From: Candidatus Bathyarchaeota archaeon
Lineage (GTDB): Archaea > Thermoproteota > Bathyarchaeia > 40CM-2-53-6 > DTDX01
Length of the DNA: 64,000 nt
Reading direction: 5' to 3'
Assembly: GCA_018396815.1 (NCBI GenBank)
Contig: JAGTQY010000003.1
Span: 69,481 to 133,480, forward strand
The notes under the pieces were generated by a model. That model worked only from the letters and a program-made list of their open reading frames with translations. It was not told where the DNA came from and searched no databases. Positions 48,514-58,617 of the stretch are shown here, one piece after another. The position numbers and the translations under genes are program-made. Each line of letters opens with the position of its first letter. Position 1 is the stretch's first letter.

Positions 48514-49627
48514 ATTCAACTTTAACTACTATCTCTTCTTTATAATCTGTCACAACTTTAATGTAACCTTTTAATTCTTCATCTAATTCAGGATCCCCTG
48601 TATCTACAAGAAGTCTTTTAGGGTTTAATGTTTGAAGTTTATTTTTAGTAGCTATAACTATTATATTTTCTTTTCCAACTCTTCTTATTACAGTTGGGCT
48701 GATTTGTTGATTTCCTCTACCAAATATATATCCTTGACCACCAATTGGTGTTACTACTATCTTAGCTTTAGAATAAGCATCTAGTATTTTTAAAATCTCT
48801 TTTTCATTTACATCTTTTGCAATGATTTTTTTCCTATATAACACATCTACTCCTAAAAGAGTTTTCTCAAGATAAAGCAAATCAAATATCGTTTTTGTTG
48901 TTGAGCCTGGGCCAACTATATAAATATAATCATCTTTCATCTCTTCAATTAAATATTTAGCTATTGCCTCCCTATTTTCTTTCTCTTCTTCAACTAATGG
49001 AATAGTTGATTTAACTTGTTGAATAAGAAGCTTCTCGGAAGGAACCTTTAAATATCCATAAAGTTTAGCTGAAACTCTTCCTTGTCTAAACGCTTCTTCA
49101 TCAATATCCATAACTTCACATTCAATTAATGATAATTGATTATTAAAGAAATCTTTAACTATTTTAGCTCCTGCTTTAGGATTTGTAGCGAAAACGCCTG
49201 AATGCATCTTTACACCTGAAGGAATTCCTAAAACTGGGACTTCTAAATCTACAGCATCCATAATATCCCTTGCTGTTCCATCTCCACCACAAAAAACTAG
49301 TAGATCAACTTTATTTTTCATTTCTGAAGCTATTCTTTTAGTGTCCTCAGCTGTTGTCTCATTTTTTTCTTCTCCTAGAACAAGTTTCGGAGTTAATTTA
49401 CATTCTTTAGCTTCTTTTTCACCCATTAATCCTATTCCTGTATAAAGTTCAAATTCACAGTTAAGTCTTATCAACTCTAATAAGAATATTTTAGCTTTTT
49501 CAGGTGAAATTAATTTAGCTCCAAGAGAAAAAGCTTTTTCAACAGTTTGTTTTCCATTAGAACCTTTTAATCCTACAGCGCCTCCTACACCGGCTATAGG
49601 ATTAACTATAAAGCCTAAGCGTTTCAT
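48512..49627 (-). CDS. ATP-NAD kinase family (AcoX-like) protein
   Basis: NPIAGVGG, GGDGTARD, GVKMHSG and GRGNQQ motifs. Confidence 0.85.
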   Translation of the reverse strand: MKRLGFIVNPIAGVGGAVGLKGSNGKQTVEKAFSLGAKLISPEKAKIFLLELIRLNCEFELYTGIGLMGEKEAKECKLTPKLVLGEEKNETTAEDTKRIASEMKNKVDLLVFCGGDGTARDIMDAVDLEVPVLGIPSGVKMHSGVFATNPKAGAKIVKDFFNNQLSLIECEVMDIDEEAFRQGRVSAKLYGYLKVPSEKLLIQQVKSTIPLVEEEKENREAIAKYLIEEMKDDYIYIVGPGSTTKTIFDLLYLEKTLLGVDVLYRKKIIAKDVNEKEILKILDAYSKAKIVVTPIGGQGYIFGRGNQQISPTVIRRVGKENIIVIATKNKLQTLNPKRLLVDTGDPELDEELKGYIKVVTDYKEEIVVKVE

Positions 49628-52600
49628 TGAATGCTCTCCGTTTTTATTGCTATTTCAAAAGTTTCTTCATCAATAATCCATTGCTTTTTAAGGTTAAACT
49701 TTTGATCTTTTGGAATTTCAAAAATTACTTCTTTCGCTCTAACTTCTTCCTTAATATAATTTTTTTGTGTTTTTATTTTTTCTTCTTTAGTACTCGGGCA
49801 TTTAATGTAAACAGTGATAAAAGCATCAACTGGAAGATCTATCTCTCCTCTCATTTCTTGAATTCTCCTAATAATGTCTCTTGTTAATCCTTCCAGAATT
49901 AACTCTTCAGTTAATTCTCCATCTATATAGATTCTGCCATTAGCAAATTCGCCAACAGCAAATCCTTCAAGCTCCTCTTTAAATGTAACCATCTCAGGTG
50001 TAATCTTTATTTTTTCTTCATTCAATGAAACTTCAAAGAAGCCCTTTTCTCTAAAGCTTTTTAGAATATTCCATCCATTTTCATTTTTTATTCTCTCAAT
50101 TATTTGAGTAGTTTTTGATTTAAAAATTGGTCCTAAAACATCTAGTTTTGGAAGTGCGAAAATTCTCCTTAATTTTTCTTCATCATCTAAAGGTATGAAC
50201 TCCATTGTTTTAGTGTTTACTTGTTCTAAAATAACATCTTTAAAGTTGATTAAACTATTTTTCACATGTAAATTTCCAGTTACAATCATAACTCTTTTTA
50301 CAGGTTGCCTTAACTTTATTTTTAATGTTTGTCTAGCGCTTAAAGCTGCTTCTACAACTTTTTTAACGATATCCATTTGTTCTTCATAATCTTTGTTAAT
50401 GAGTTTTTCCTCAATTTTAGGCCATTTCCACATATGTATACTGATTCTTTTTCCTTCAGCTGGAAACATGATTTCTCTATATAGTTTTTCTGAAATAAAG
50501 GGTAGAAATGGCGCAATTAAAATTAACCAATTTTTTAAAGCGTAATATAAAGTTGCGTAAGCTGCTAATTTATCTAAACTTTCTTTTTCTTGCCAAAATC
50601 TTCTTCTAACAAGTTTAATATACCATCGACTTAAATCTTCAACAGCATAATTTAAAAGTTCTTTAATAGCAGAATGAACTTCAAATCTTTCAAGAAACTC
50701 TGTTACTTTAACTTTTAAGCTTTCAGTTTTAGATAGTAGCCATTTATCTTCATTTCTCATATATTTATAAAGTCTTTTTACAGACCATTTACTAGGTTGA
50801 AATTTATCAAGATTCATGTAAATGCTTGCGAAGGCATAAACATTCCATATTATATGAAGGTTTCTCCAACATTCCTCTACTTCAATCCAAGAAAACTTAA
50901 AATCTTCCCAGGTTGTGTTTTGTAATTCATATAACCTTAAAGCGTCTCTTCCATACTTAGTTATTACATCCTCTGGTGAAATAAAATTCCCAAGTGATTT
51001 ACTCATTTTTTGTCCAGAAGCATCAAGTGCGTGACCATGCATCAAAACTGCTTTATATGGACTTTTATCAAAAGCTAATATACTTGCGCAAAGTTGAGTA
51101 TAAAACCAACCTCTTGTTTGATCATGCGCTTCAATAACAATATCGGCAGGCCACCATTTTTCAAATTCATCTTTCTTTTTTGGGTAGTTTAAACTAGCCC
51201 AAGAAGCTGTTCCAGAATCCATCCAAACATCTAATATGTCTGGAATTCTTTTCATTTTACCGTTGCAACTGCATCGTAAATAAATTTCATCTACGCAATC
51301 TCTATGTAAATCAATTTTTTTCGGGAAGTTTAATGCTTTAGATTTAAGTTCGCTTATTGAACCTACAACTTCCTCTTTTTTACATTTTTCGCAAACCCAG
51401 ATTGGGATTGGAATACCCCAAAATCTCTGTCTGGAAATTACCCAGTCTCGAGCTCCAAGAAGCCAATCTTTAAACCTTCTTTTTCCAGCCCATTCTGGAA
51501 TCCAAGTAACATTTTCATTTTCTTCAATAAGCTTATTTTTATACTCAGAAACTTTAATGAACCATTGTTCTGTAGCTCTAAGAATTAATGGTGTTTTACA
51601 ACGCCAACAATGAGGATAAGCATGCTCTATAGTAGTGACATGGAAAAGCAATTTTTTGTTTTTTAAATCATTAATTATTAATTGATCAGCTTCTTTAATG
51701 TATTTTCCAGCATACTTTCCAGCATCTTGAGTAAACTTTCCAGAAGCATCAACTGGAGAAACCACAGGCAAACTATATTCTAAACCCACTTCAAAATCTT
51801 CTTCTCCATGTCCAGGTGCGCAATGAACGCATCCAGTTCCTTCATTCATAGATACATATTTTTCTGATGTAATAACTATATGTGCATTTTTAATTTGAGC
51901 TTGAAGAGGCGTCTCCTCTAAAAGTGGAGGTTTATATTTTAACCCTAATAACTCTTTTCCTTTTACTCGTTTAATAATTTCGAATTGTTTTCCCACTTCA
52001 TTAAATACTGGTTCGCATCTATTTTCAGCTAAAATATATGTTTCATCTCCTGATTTAGCTTCAACATAATATTCTTCAGGGTGAATCATTACAGCAACAT
52101 TTGCTGGAAGTGTCCATGGGGTCGTTGTCCAAATAAGAATAAATTTATTCACTTCATTTTCTAATGGAAACTTAACATAAACTGAATAATCTTTCACATA
52201 TCTATATTCATCAGTAACTTCATATCCTGATAAAGCTGTTTCACATCTTGGACACCAATGAACCACTTTTAAATCTTTTTTAAGAAGATTTTTTTCATAA
52301 GCTTTTTTTATAGTCCACCATACAGACTCTATATAATCATTTTTTAAAGTTAAATATGGGTTATTCCAATTCATCCATACACCTAAATTTTTGAATACCT
52401 CTGTTTGAATTTTAGCATTTTCTTCAGCATATTCTTTACATCTTTTAATAAAAGTTTGAACAGAAATTTTTTCTTCTATTTCTTTTTTAGTTTTTATTCC
52501 AAGTTCTTCCTCAACTTTAACTTCTATAGGTAAACCATGGCAATCATAACCAGGTTGATCTCTAACCTTAAAACCCCTCATTCTTTTAAATCTAATTACA

Positions 52601-52830
52601 ACATCTTTTAATATTTTATTCCAAGCTGTTCCTACATGAGGGGGATTAGTTACATATGGTGGTCCATCTAAAAAATAAAACTTCTTTCCGCCTTTATTTA
52701 GTCTTTTAATTCTATCATAAATTTTTTCTTTTTTCCACCATTCAAGAATTTCTTCTTCATACTCTTTAGGGGAAAAACTTTTACTAATTTTTCCTACAAT
52801 TTGTTTACTCAATCTCATCCTACCTTTCAA
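49624..52830 (-). CDS. ileS: Isoleucine--tRNA ligase
   Basis: DGPPY, HVGT (HIGH variant), DCHGLPIE, WTTTPWTLP, GTGCVH and KMSKS motifs. Confidence 0.96.
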   Translation of the reverse strand: MKGRMRLSKQIVGKISKSFSPKEYEEEILEWWKKEKIYDRIKRLNKGGKKFYFLDGPPYVTNPPHVGTAWNKILKDVVIRFKRMRGFKVRDQPGYDCHGLPIEVKVEEELGIKTKKEIEEKISVQTFIKRCKEYAEENAKIQTEVFKNLGVWMNWNNPYLTLKNDYIESVWWTIKKAYEKNLLKKDLKVVHWCPRCETALSGYEVTDEYRYVKDYSVYVKFPLENEVNKFILIWTTTPWTLPANVAVMIHPEEYYVEAKSGDETYILAENRCEPVFNEVGKQFEIIKRVKGKELLGLKYKPPLLEETPLQAQIKNAHIVITSEKYVSMNEGTGCVHCAPGHGEEDFEVGLEYSLPVVSPVDASGKFTQDAGKYAGKYIKEADQLIINDLKNKKLLFHVTTIEHAYPHCWRCKTPLILRATEQWFIKVSEYKNKLIEENENVTWIPEWAGKRRFKDWLLGARDWVISRQRFWGIPIPIWVCEKCKKEEVVGSISELKSKALNFPKKIDLHRDCVDEIYLRCSCNGKMKRIPDILDVWMDSGTASWASLNYPKKKDEFEKWWPADIVIEAHDQTRGWFYTQLCASILAFDKSPYKAVLMHGHALDASGQKMSKSLGNFISPEDVITKYGRDALRLYELQNTTWEDFKFSWIEVEECWRNLHIIWNVYAFASIYMNLDKFQPSKWSVKRLYKYMRNEDKWLLSKTESLKVKVTEFLERFEVHSAIKELLNYAVEDLSRWYIKLVRRRFWQEKESLDKLAAYATLYYALKNWLILIAPFLPFISEKLYREIMFPAEGKRISIHMWKWPKIEEKLINKDYEEQMDIVKKVVEAALSARQTLKIKLRQPVKRVMIVTGNLHVKNSLINFKDVILEQVNTKTMEFIPLDDEEKLRRIFALPKLDVLGPIFKSKTTQIIERIKNENGWNILKSFREKGFFEVSLNEEKIKITPEMVTFKEELEGFAVGEFANGRIYIDGELTEELILEGLTRDIIRRIQEMRGEIDLPVDAFITVYIKCPSTKEEKIKTQKNYIKEEVRAKEVIFEIPKDQKFNLKKQWIIDEETFEIAIKTESIQ

Positions 52831-53031
52831 ATTAAATTTTATGTTTAAATGATTTCAGCAAACTTTGTTGATTTTAGTCTTTGAAATTAATTTTCAATTT
52901 ATGTGCAAATTATAAAAGCTTTTTATTAAGTTTTTTCTTATAATCTACAGGTTAAGCGAAAATTTATTAAGCAGATAACTTTTCTATCTCTAGCTTAAAG
53001 CTGAAAAGAATAAAAATATTTAAAGAATGGG

Positions 53032-55740
53032 ATGCTAATGAAAAGAAATTCATATTCAGAATCTTTGTTTAATAAGGTTAAAAATTCAATTAAGGGTTTA
53101 AAAGTTCCTGGAAGTAGTTATTTACACTTTATAGTGCTTTCATTAATTTTATTTTTAGCTGCAATTATTCGACTTTTACCTTTAAGATGGGGCTTCTTCA
53201 TTTCTGAGTTTGATCCTTATCAACAATATAGAATGGCTGAGTACATAGTAAATAATGGATTTAAAGCGTGGTTTAACTGGCATGATTCAATGAGTTGGTA
53301 TCCTTGGGGTAGAAATATTCCAACTACAAGTTTCCCTGGCGTAGCATTTACAGCAGCATTACTTTATATGCTTCTTCAAGATTTAGGGGTTTCAGTAACT
53401 CTTTATCAATTATGTGTAATTTTTCCAGTGATTATGGGGGTTGCAACATGTTTAGCAGCTTATCTTTTAGGAAGAGAATGGAATAAAAGCGTAGGTTTAC
53501 TCTCAGCTTTATTTTTAGCTTTTAGTACTTCCCATATTACTCGTACATCATTAGGCTTTTTTGATGATGAAACAATTGGAATATTCACTATGCTTTTATT
53601 CTTTATGTTTTATTTAAAGGCTTTATCTAATTCTAAACCTCTTAGAATAAGCATTATATATGCTTTGTTAGCTGGGTTATCTTTAAGCTATATTGGAATG
53701 AGTTGGGGTGCTCTTAGATATCCAGCTTCATTAATTGCTCTATTCACTTTAGTGTTAGTCTTTATTAAACGATATACAACTAGATTGTTAATTGTTTATT
53801 CAATAACGTATGGTACATTCTTTTTAACTATTCTTCAGCTTCCAAAATTAGGTTATAGTTTTATTACTGAATGGTCAACTTTAGCTTTAATTTTGATTTT
53901 AATCATTTTAGTTTTATACGAAATATTTAATAGAGTTAAATCTTTTTATGGAAAACTTTTCGTGTTATTAGGTTTTATTGCTTGTTTAATTACTGGAACT
54001 TATATTTTATGGAGCCAAGGTTTAATTGCTCCTTTAGCTGGAAAATTTGCAGCTATAGTTAACCCATTAACCAGAGCTGAAATGCCATTAGTAGAATCTG
54101 TTGCTGAGCATAGGCCTGGAACTTGGTCTTCCTTCTTTTACGAATTTGGAGCATTACTTATTTTAGGCTTATTTGGCTTCTTCTTCTCTCTTCAAAAAAG
54201 AGGAATTAATGACATTTTTCTTATTCTTTTTGGTTTATCTTCAATTTATTTTGCCGGTTCATTTGTTAGATTAACTATTATATTAACCCCTGCATTATCC
54301 CTTTTAAGTTCTATAGGGATAATTGAATTAGCTAAACCATCTTTAGATATTTTAAGGGAGAAAATTATTTTCCCGAAAAAGAAAATCAAGTTTGAATCTA
54401 GAGTAACACGTGAGTTTGGAGTAGCTATACTACTTGTTCTTCTAATTGTTATTACCCCAACCTTATATTATGCTTCAAGCTCAGCTTATGCACCAACTAC
54501 TATAGCCGTTTCAAGTATCCCGACAGCTCCTACAGGAGAGTCGGCTTCAAAATATCAAGATTGGCTTCAAGCTTTAATTTGGATGAGAGAAAACTTACCT
54601 AATAACGCTGTTGTGTTTTCATGGTGGGATTACGGTTATTGGATAACAACTATAGCTGATAAACGTTCAATGGCTGATAACGGTACATTAAACTTTACTC
54701 AAATAGCTTTAATAGCTAGAACTTTTCTTTCAAATGAAACTGAAGCCATCCCAACCTTAAAATCTTATAATGTTACCCATATTGCCATATTTGTAACGTG
54801 GACTAGAGGACAAAGCGGTGTACAATATTATGGTTATGGTGAAGATAATAAATGGTACTGGATGGCTAGAATAGGAAATGGAACATCTTATGATGGGAAA
54901 ACAGTTTATTTCTATGAAAAAAGAGAAAATCAACAAGTTAAATACTATAGAGTAATAACTTCAAATAATCAAGTTATAGCAAATGAAACAATTGCTGAGA
55001 GAACTGGCATAAATGAAAACACTATTCTTGGGAAATTGATTGCTATAGGAATAAATCCATCTCAAGCCTCCTCAGATTACTTTAAACTTGTTTATGCTTC
55101 CCAACCAAATAGATTTGTATTCATTTATGAAGTAAGCTATCCTGCCTTAAGTGAATTAACGCTTTCATTAAGTAAATCTGATATCTTGTATGGTGAAACA
55201 GTCACTCTTCATGGAAGATTAACCTCTAAAAATGAAGGGTTAAGCGATAAACTTATAACTCTTGAGTACTCGAAAGATGGAGGGTTAACTTGGGAAAAAA
55301 TTGGAACAAGTTTAACAACAGTTAATGGCTCTTATATTTATAATTGGATTCCTGGAAGCGGTGTTTATCTTATTAGAAGTAGATGGGATGGTGAAGCTGG
55401 AAAATACACGAAGGCTTTTAGTCAAACTTTACCATTAACTGTGAGTAATGCTTCTTTATCGTTAAACGTTTCATTGTCGCCGTCACAATTAAAATTAGGT
55501 GAAAACGTTAGAATTGAGGTTTCTTCATTAATCTATAAAGAAGGAAATATTACAGTTCAATATAGCGCTGACAAAATTAATTGGTTTAATTTAACTGAAG
55601 GGAAGCTTGAACAAAACATGTTTAAAACAACTTGGAAACCTGAAAAACCTGGAACATATTATATTAAGGTTTTACTCATTACGAAAGAGGGGACATCTCT
55701 TTCTAGTGAAATAAAGACCTTAATTGTTGAATCTACTTAA
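53032..55740 (+). CDS. aglB: Oligosaccharyltransferase AglB/STT3 with C-terminal Ig-like extension
   Basis: EFDPY, DDE, SVAEH, WWDYG and DNGT motifs; about 200 aa of beta-rich tail. Confidence 0.92.
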   Translation: MLMKRNSYSESLFNKVKNSIKGLKVPGSSYLHFIVLSLILFLAAIIRLLPLRWGFFISEFDPYQQYRMAEYIVNNGFKAWFNWHDSMSWYPWGRNIPTTSFPGVAFTAALLYMLLQDLGVSVTLYQLCVIFPVIMGVATCLAAYLLGREWNKSVGLLSALFLAFSTSHITRTSLGFFDDETIGIFTMLLFFMFYLKALSNSKPLRISIIYALLAGLSLSYIGMSWGALRYPASLIALFTLVLVFIKRYTTRLLIVYSITYGTFFLTILQLPKLGYSFITEWSTLALILILIILVLYEIFNRVKSFYGKLFVLLGFIACLITGTYILWSQGLIAPLAGKFAAIVNPLTRAEMPLVESVAEHRPGTWSSFFYEFGALLILGLFGFFFSLQKRGINDIFLILFGLSSIYFAGSFVRLTIILTPALSLLSSIGIIELAKPSLDILREKIIFPKKKIKFESRVTREFGVAILLVLLIVITPTLYYASSSAYAPTTIAVSSIPTAPTGESASKYQDWLQALIWMRENLPNNAVVFSWWDYGYWITTIADKRSMADNGTLNFTQIALIARTFLSNETEAIPTLKSYNVTHIAIFVTWTRGQSGVQYYGYGEDNKWYWMARIGNGTSYDGKTVYFYEKRENQQVKYYRVITSNNQVIANETIAERTGINENTILGKLIAIGINPSQASSDYFKLVYASQPNRFVFIYEVSYPALSELTLSLSKSDILYGETVTLHGRLTSKNEGLSDKLITLEYSKDGGLTWEKIGTSLTTVNGSYIYNWIPGSGVYLIRSRWDGEAGKYTKAFSQTLPLTVSNASLSLNVSLSPSQLKLGENVRIEVSSLIYKEGNITVQYSADKINWFNLTEGKLEQNMFKTTWKPEKPGTYYIKVLLITKEGTSLSSEIKTLIVEST

Positions 55741-56498
55741 GATATATATGAGAATTTTTCAGTTATTTTCTTTTCTTCAAAAGTTTCTTCAAAACTTTGA
55801 GTTGTTTTAAGAATTTTCTCTTCTAGTTTTCCCATTTCCTTAATTTCTTTTTCAAGTTCTTTTAAATCTATTTTTAAGTTTAAAAGTTGATTTAAAACTT
55901 CTAGAACGCTTTTAGCAGCTTTAGGATCTGGAATGTAACCTAAAGTTTCTCCAAGTAAACATATAGCGTTTAACCCTTTAGCTTTAGCTAAAGGAAGTAA
56001 TATTCCAGCCACACCAACTACAGGTGCACCTTCTTCATTAATAGCAACACCTGCTTTAACCAATTGATTAATTAATTTAACTGTTGTAGCCGCTCCATAA
56101 ACTTTAGGTGTTTCTTTTCTACTTGAACTATAACCTCCAACACTTATAATAAGTTTACTCGAATATTTTTTAGCGTACTCAATTATTTTTTCTGCAATTT
56201 CATACTGCCCTATATTACTTTGAGGTTGACAATCCCCTGTAACTATAACTAATTCAAGCTTTCTTTTTTTATCTATATAATAGTAAAATGTACTTTTAGG
56301 TAATCTTGCTACTCCCCGTTCATCTACTAAAGCGTAATGAGGGAAATACGGTGAATAAAGCTCAGCTATTTTTTTAGCATTTAATTGAGAGATAAGATAT
56401 GAAGCAACTATTTTCCCAACGGAACCTAGACCTGGTAGCCCCTCTATAATTATGGGTCTGACAGGTTTAACTTTACATTCTTTAAGAATAGTTTTCAT
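55737..56498 (-). CDS. Proteasome assembly chaperone (PAC2 family)
   Basis: EGLPGLGSVG, GDCQP and GET.G..PDP.AA motifs; expected position after nop10. Confidence 0.9.
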   Translation of the reverse strand: MKTILKECKVKPVRPIIIEGLPGLGSVGKIVASYLISQLNAKKIAELYSPYFPHYALVDERGVARLPKSTFYYYIDKKRKLELVIVTGDCQPQSNIGQYEIAEKIIEYAKKYSSKLIISVGGYSSSRKETPKVYGAATTVKLINQLVKAGVAINEEGAPVVGVAGILLPLAKAKGLNAICLLGETLGYIPDPKAAKSVLEVLNQLLNLKIDLKELEKEIKEMGKLEEKILKTTQSFEETFEEKKITEKFSYIS

Positions 56499-56650
56499 TT
56501 CTTTTCAGCTTTCAACCTTAACTCAAGATATTTATCATTTAAAGAAAATTTAGGGGGATGAGGATTAAATGTTTTTTCTCCGCATAAAGGGCAATTTTCT
56601 TTAAGCGTGTATCTATTACATTTCCCACATTTTTTAATTTGCATTTTCAA
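56495..56650 (-). CDS. nop10: H/ACA RNP protein Nop10 (not in the ORF track)
   Basis: KKCGKCNRYTLKENCPLCG..PHPPKFSLNDKY; lies between aIF2a and PAC2. Confidence 0.93.
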   Translation of the reverse strand: MKMQIKKCGKCNRYTLKENCPLCGEKTFNPHPPKFSLNDKYLELRLKAEKK

Positions 56651-57426
56651 TCTATTTGCCTTCCTTCTCCCCCAAAGTTCTTTATTGTTGTTAAAGCCTC
56701 ATTTATCGCTTTTTTCAAAGCAGCTTCAGCTTCTCCATAATCGTTAGCTGAAACCTCTATTCTATATTTCGGTGCTCCTACAGTATAGGTTGCTATAGTT
56801 ACCCCCCTTTTCTTAATTTTTTCAGCATTAAGTAAGCTTTGTTTTATAGCTTTTATTCCATCAGGTTTTAAACAAGTTAGTTCTATTGTTGCTGAAACTT
56901 TAGCTTTTTCAAGTTTTATTTTTAATTTAGCAGATTCAGTTAAAGCTTTAGCCCATTCTGAAGAAATTCCAAGCTTTATAAATGTTTCTTCTCCTTCTTC
57001 TACAGCTTCCTCAAAAGCATCATATAAACTTTCATACTTTTTTAAAATAGCTTCTTTAATTGCATTAGCTTCTTCATCAGTTTTTTTTAATTTTTCAATA
57101 GCTGTCTTCATTATTGACTCTGCTTTTTTATCCTTTTTCCATTGAAGTAGTTTTTCTGTTTTTTCTCTTCCAGTGACTCTTCTTAAGGATAAATCTATAT
57201 GACCTTTTTCAGGATCGACTCTTAAAACTTTTAAAACTAGTTTTTGTCCTTCTCTTACGTGATCTCTTATATTTCTAACCCATGTTGATGCAATTTCAGA
57301 TATATGTAATAAACCTTCTTGATCTTCATATTCATCCAGTGTCACATAAGCACCATAACTTTCTATTCGTTTTACTGTTGCTATTACTAAATCTCCTTCC
57401 TCAGGGTAATCCCTATTTATTGACAT
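56647..57426 (-). CDS. eif2a: Translation initiation factor 2 subunit alpha
   Basis: S1 domain, LHISEIAS, KGHIDLSLRRV and GAPKYRI motifs. Confidence 0.95.
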   Translation of the reverse strand: MSINRDYPEEGDLVIATVKRIESYGAYVTLDEYEDQEGLLHISEIASTWVRNIRDHVREGQKLVLKVLRVDPEKGHIDLSLRRVTGREKTEKLLQWKKDKKAESIMKTAIEKLKKTDEEANAIKEAILKKYESLYDAFEEAVEEGEETFIKLGISSEWAKALTESAKLKIKLEKAKVSATIELTCLKPDGIKAIKQSLLNAEKIKKRGVTIATYTVGAPKYRIEVSANDYGEAEAALKKAINEALTTIKNFGGEGRQID

Positions 57427-57444
57427 TTTTAATCTTTCCCTAAA

Positions 57445-57639
57445 TTAATCAAGCTCCTGCAATTTTTCGCATAAAAGTTTTACTCGTCCACCTGTCGGCT
57501 CAGCTAAAACTTCATCACATACATTGCATTTAACTTTTATACTTGCTTTACCAAAAATTATTTGTTCATTTCCACATTTAGAACATTTCACTTTAATAAA
57601 TTTGCTTGAAGGTTTAGGAATTAACTCTACTCTAGCCAT
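57445..57639 (-). CDS. rps27e: 30S ribosomal protein S27e
   Basis: PSSKFIKVKC..CGNEQ..C..C...PTGG. Confidence 0.95.
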   Translation of the reverse strand: MARVELIPKPSSKFIKVKCSKCGNEQIIFGKASIKVKCNVCDEVLAEPTGGRVKLLCEKLQELD

Positions 57640-57642
57640 TTT

Positions 57643-57921
57643 TTACGCCTCAAACTGAAGTTTTCTCAATCTTATCCCAAGTCTATAAATTGTGTAATTG
57701 CATTCTTTACATTTTAGTTTTAATAATTGTTTTTTAGTTGTTTTTGCTGTTCTTTTAAGTTCAGGCCATTTTTGGCCACCATAACCATGCTTTTCTCTTT
57801 CATGTCTTCTAGCCCCTATAGCTAAAGCTCTTTCTTTCCCTTTTTTATAAAGAGAAACTGAATGAAGCGAATGTTTTTTGCATCTAGGACAATAAACATT
57901 TATTTCTTTTGGCACTTTCAT
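57643..57921 (-). CDS. rpl44e: 50S ribosomal protein L44e
   Basis: YCPRCKKH, GYGGQ and AKTTKK motifs. Confidence 0.95.
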   Translation of the reverse strand: MKVPKEINVYCPRCKKHSLHSVSLYKKGKERALAIGARRHEREKHGYGGQKWPELKRTAKTTKKQLLKLKCKECNYTIYRLGIRLRKLQFEA

Positions 57922-58078
57922 TTTTAAATCTCCTTTCTATTTTCATAAAAACTTCTAAACGTTATGGTTTATTGAGAGGTTATAAATTTTTCTCTTCTAA
58001 AATATATTAAGTTAAAACAGGAGTTTTTCCAAAAAGTTTCCTTACTTTATACTAAACAATTTAATTTATTTAATGATG

Positions 58079-58615
58079 TTAATCTTTATAAATTATTTTT
58101 TCTGCAACACCTCTTTTAATTAATGCTTCAGCATTTTCCTCAGGTAAAACTGCTACATCTTCATCTTCAAAAGGTCCATAAGTTTTTAAATCTTCGCCAA
58201 TTATTTCTGGAAGTTGTTGAAGGAACCTTATAACTGTAAGTTTTTCTTTTTTTGCTTCTATTTTTCCTTTAAAAAGTTTCTCTTTAAACTCAATTATTAA
58301 ATCAGTAGCTTTATTTAGTAAAGTGAATAGTTCTTTTTCTTCTTCAGTAAGAAGTTCTAAAGGTATCTTTTTTCCTTCAATAACGTTCTTCATTACTTTT
58401 CTAAGTCTACTTTCTACAAGTTTATTTAAAATTTTTATGGCATAGCCGTATTCTTCCTTAGCTAGTTGTAGTTTTAAAGAATCTTGCTCTTTTTCTATTT
58501 TTTCCTTTAAATCATTAATGTATCGATTTACATTAAAATAGAAGTCTTGGCTTAAACTTTGAAGTTCTGCATTAGCTTCTTCTTTCTTCCAAGCTTTAAA
58601 TAATTCATTAAACAT
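58079..58615 (-). CDS. GINS15 (Gins51) replication protein
   Basis: Helical A-domain plus B-domain (IIGEDLKTYGPF...LP..NA..LI); conserved position after priS. Confidence 0.88.
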   Translation of the reverse strand: MFNELFKAWKKEEANAELQSLSQDFYFNVNRYINDLKEKIEKEQDSLKLQLAKEEYGYAIKILNKLVESRLRKVMKNVIEGKKIPLELLTEEEKELFTLLNKATDLIIEFKEKLFKGKIEAKKEKLTVIRFLQQLPEIIGEDLKTYGPFEDEDVAVLPEENAEALIKRGVAEKIIYKD

Positions 58616-58617
58616 TT

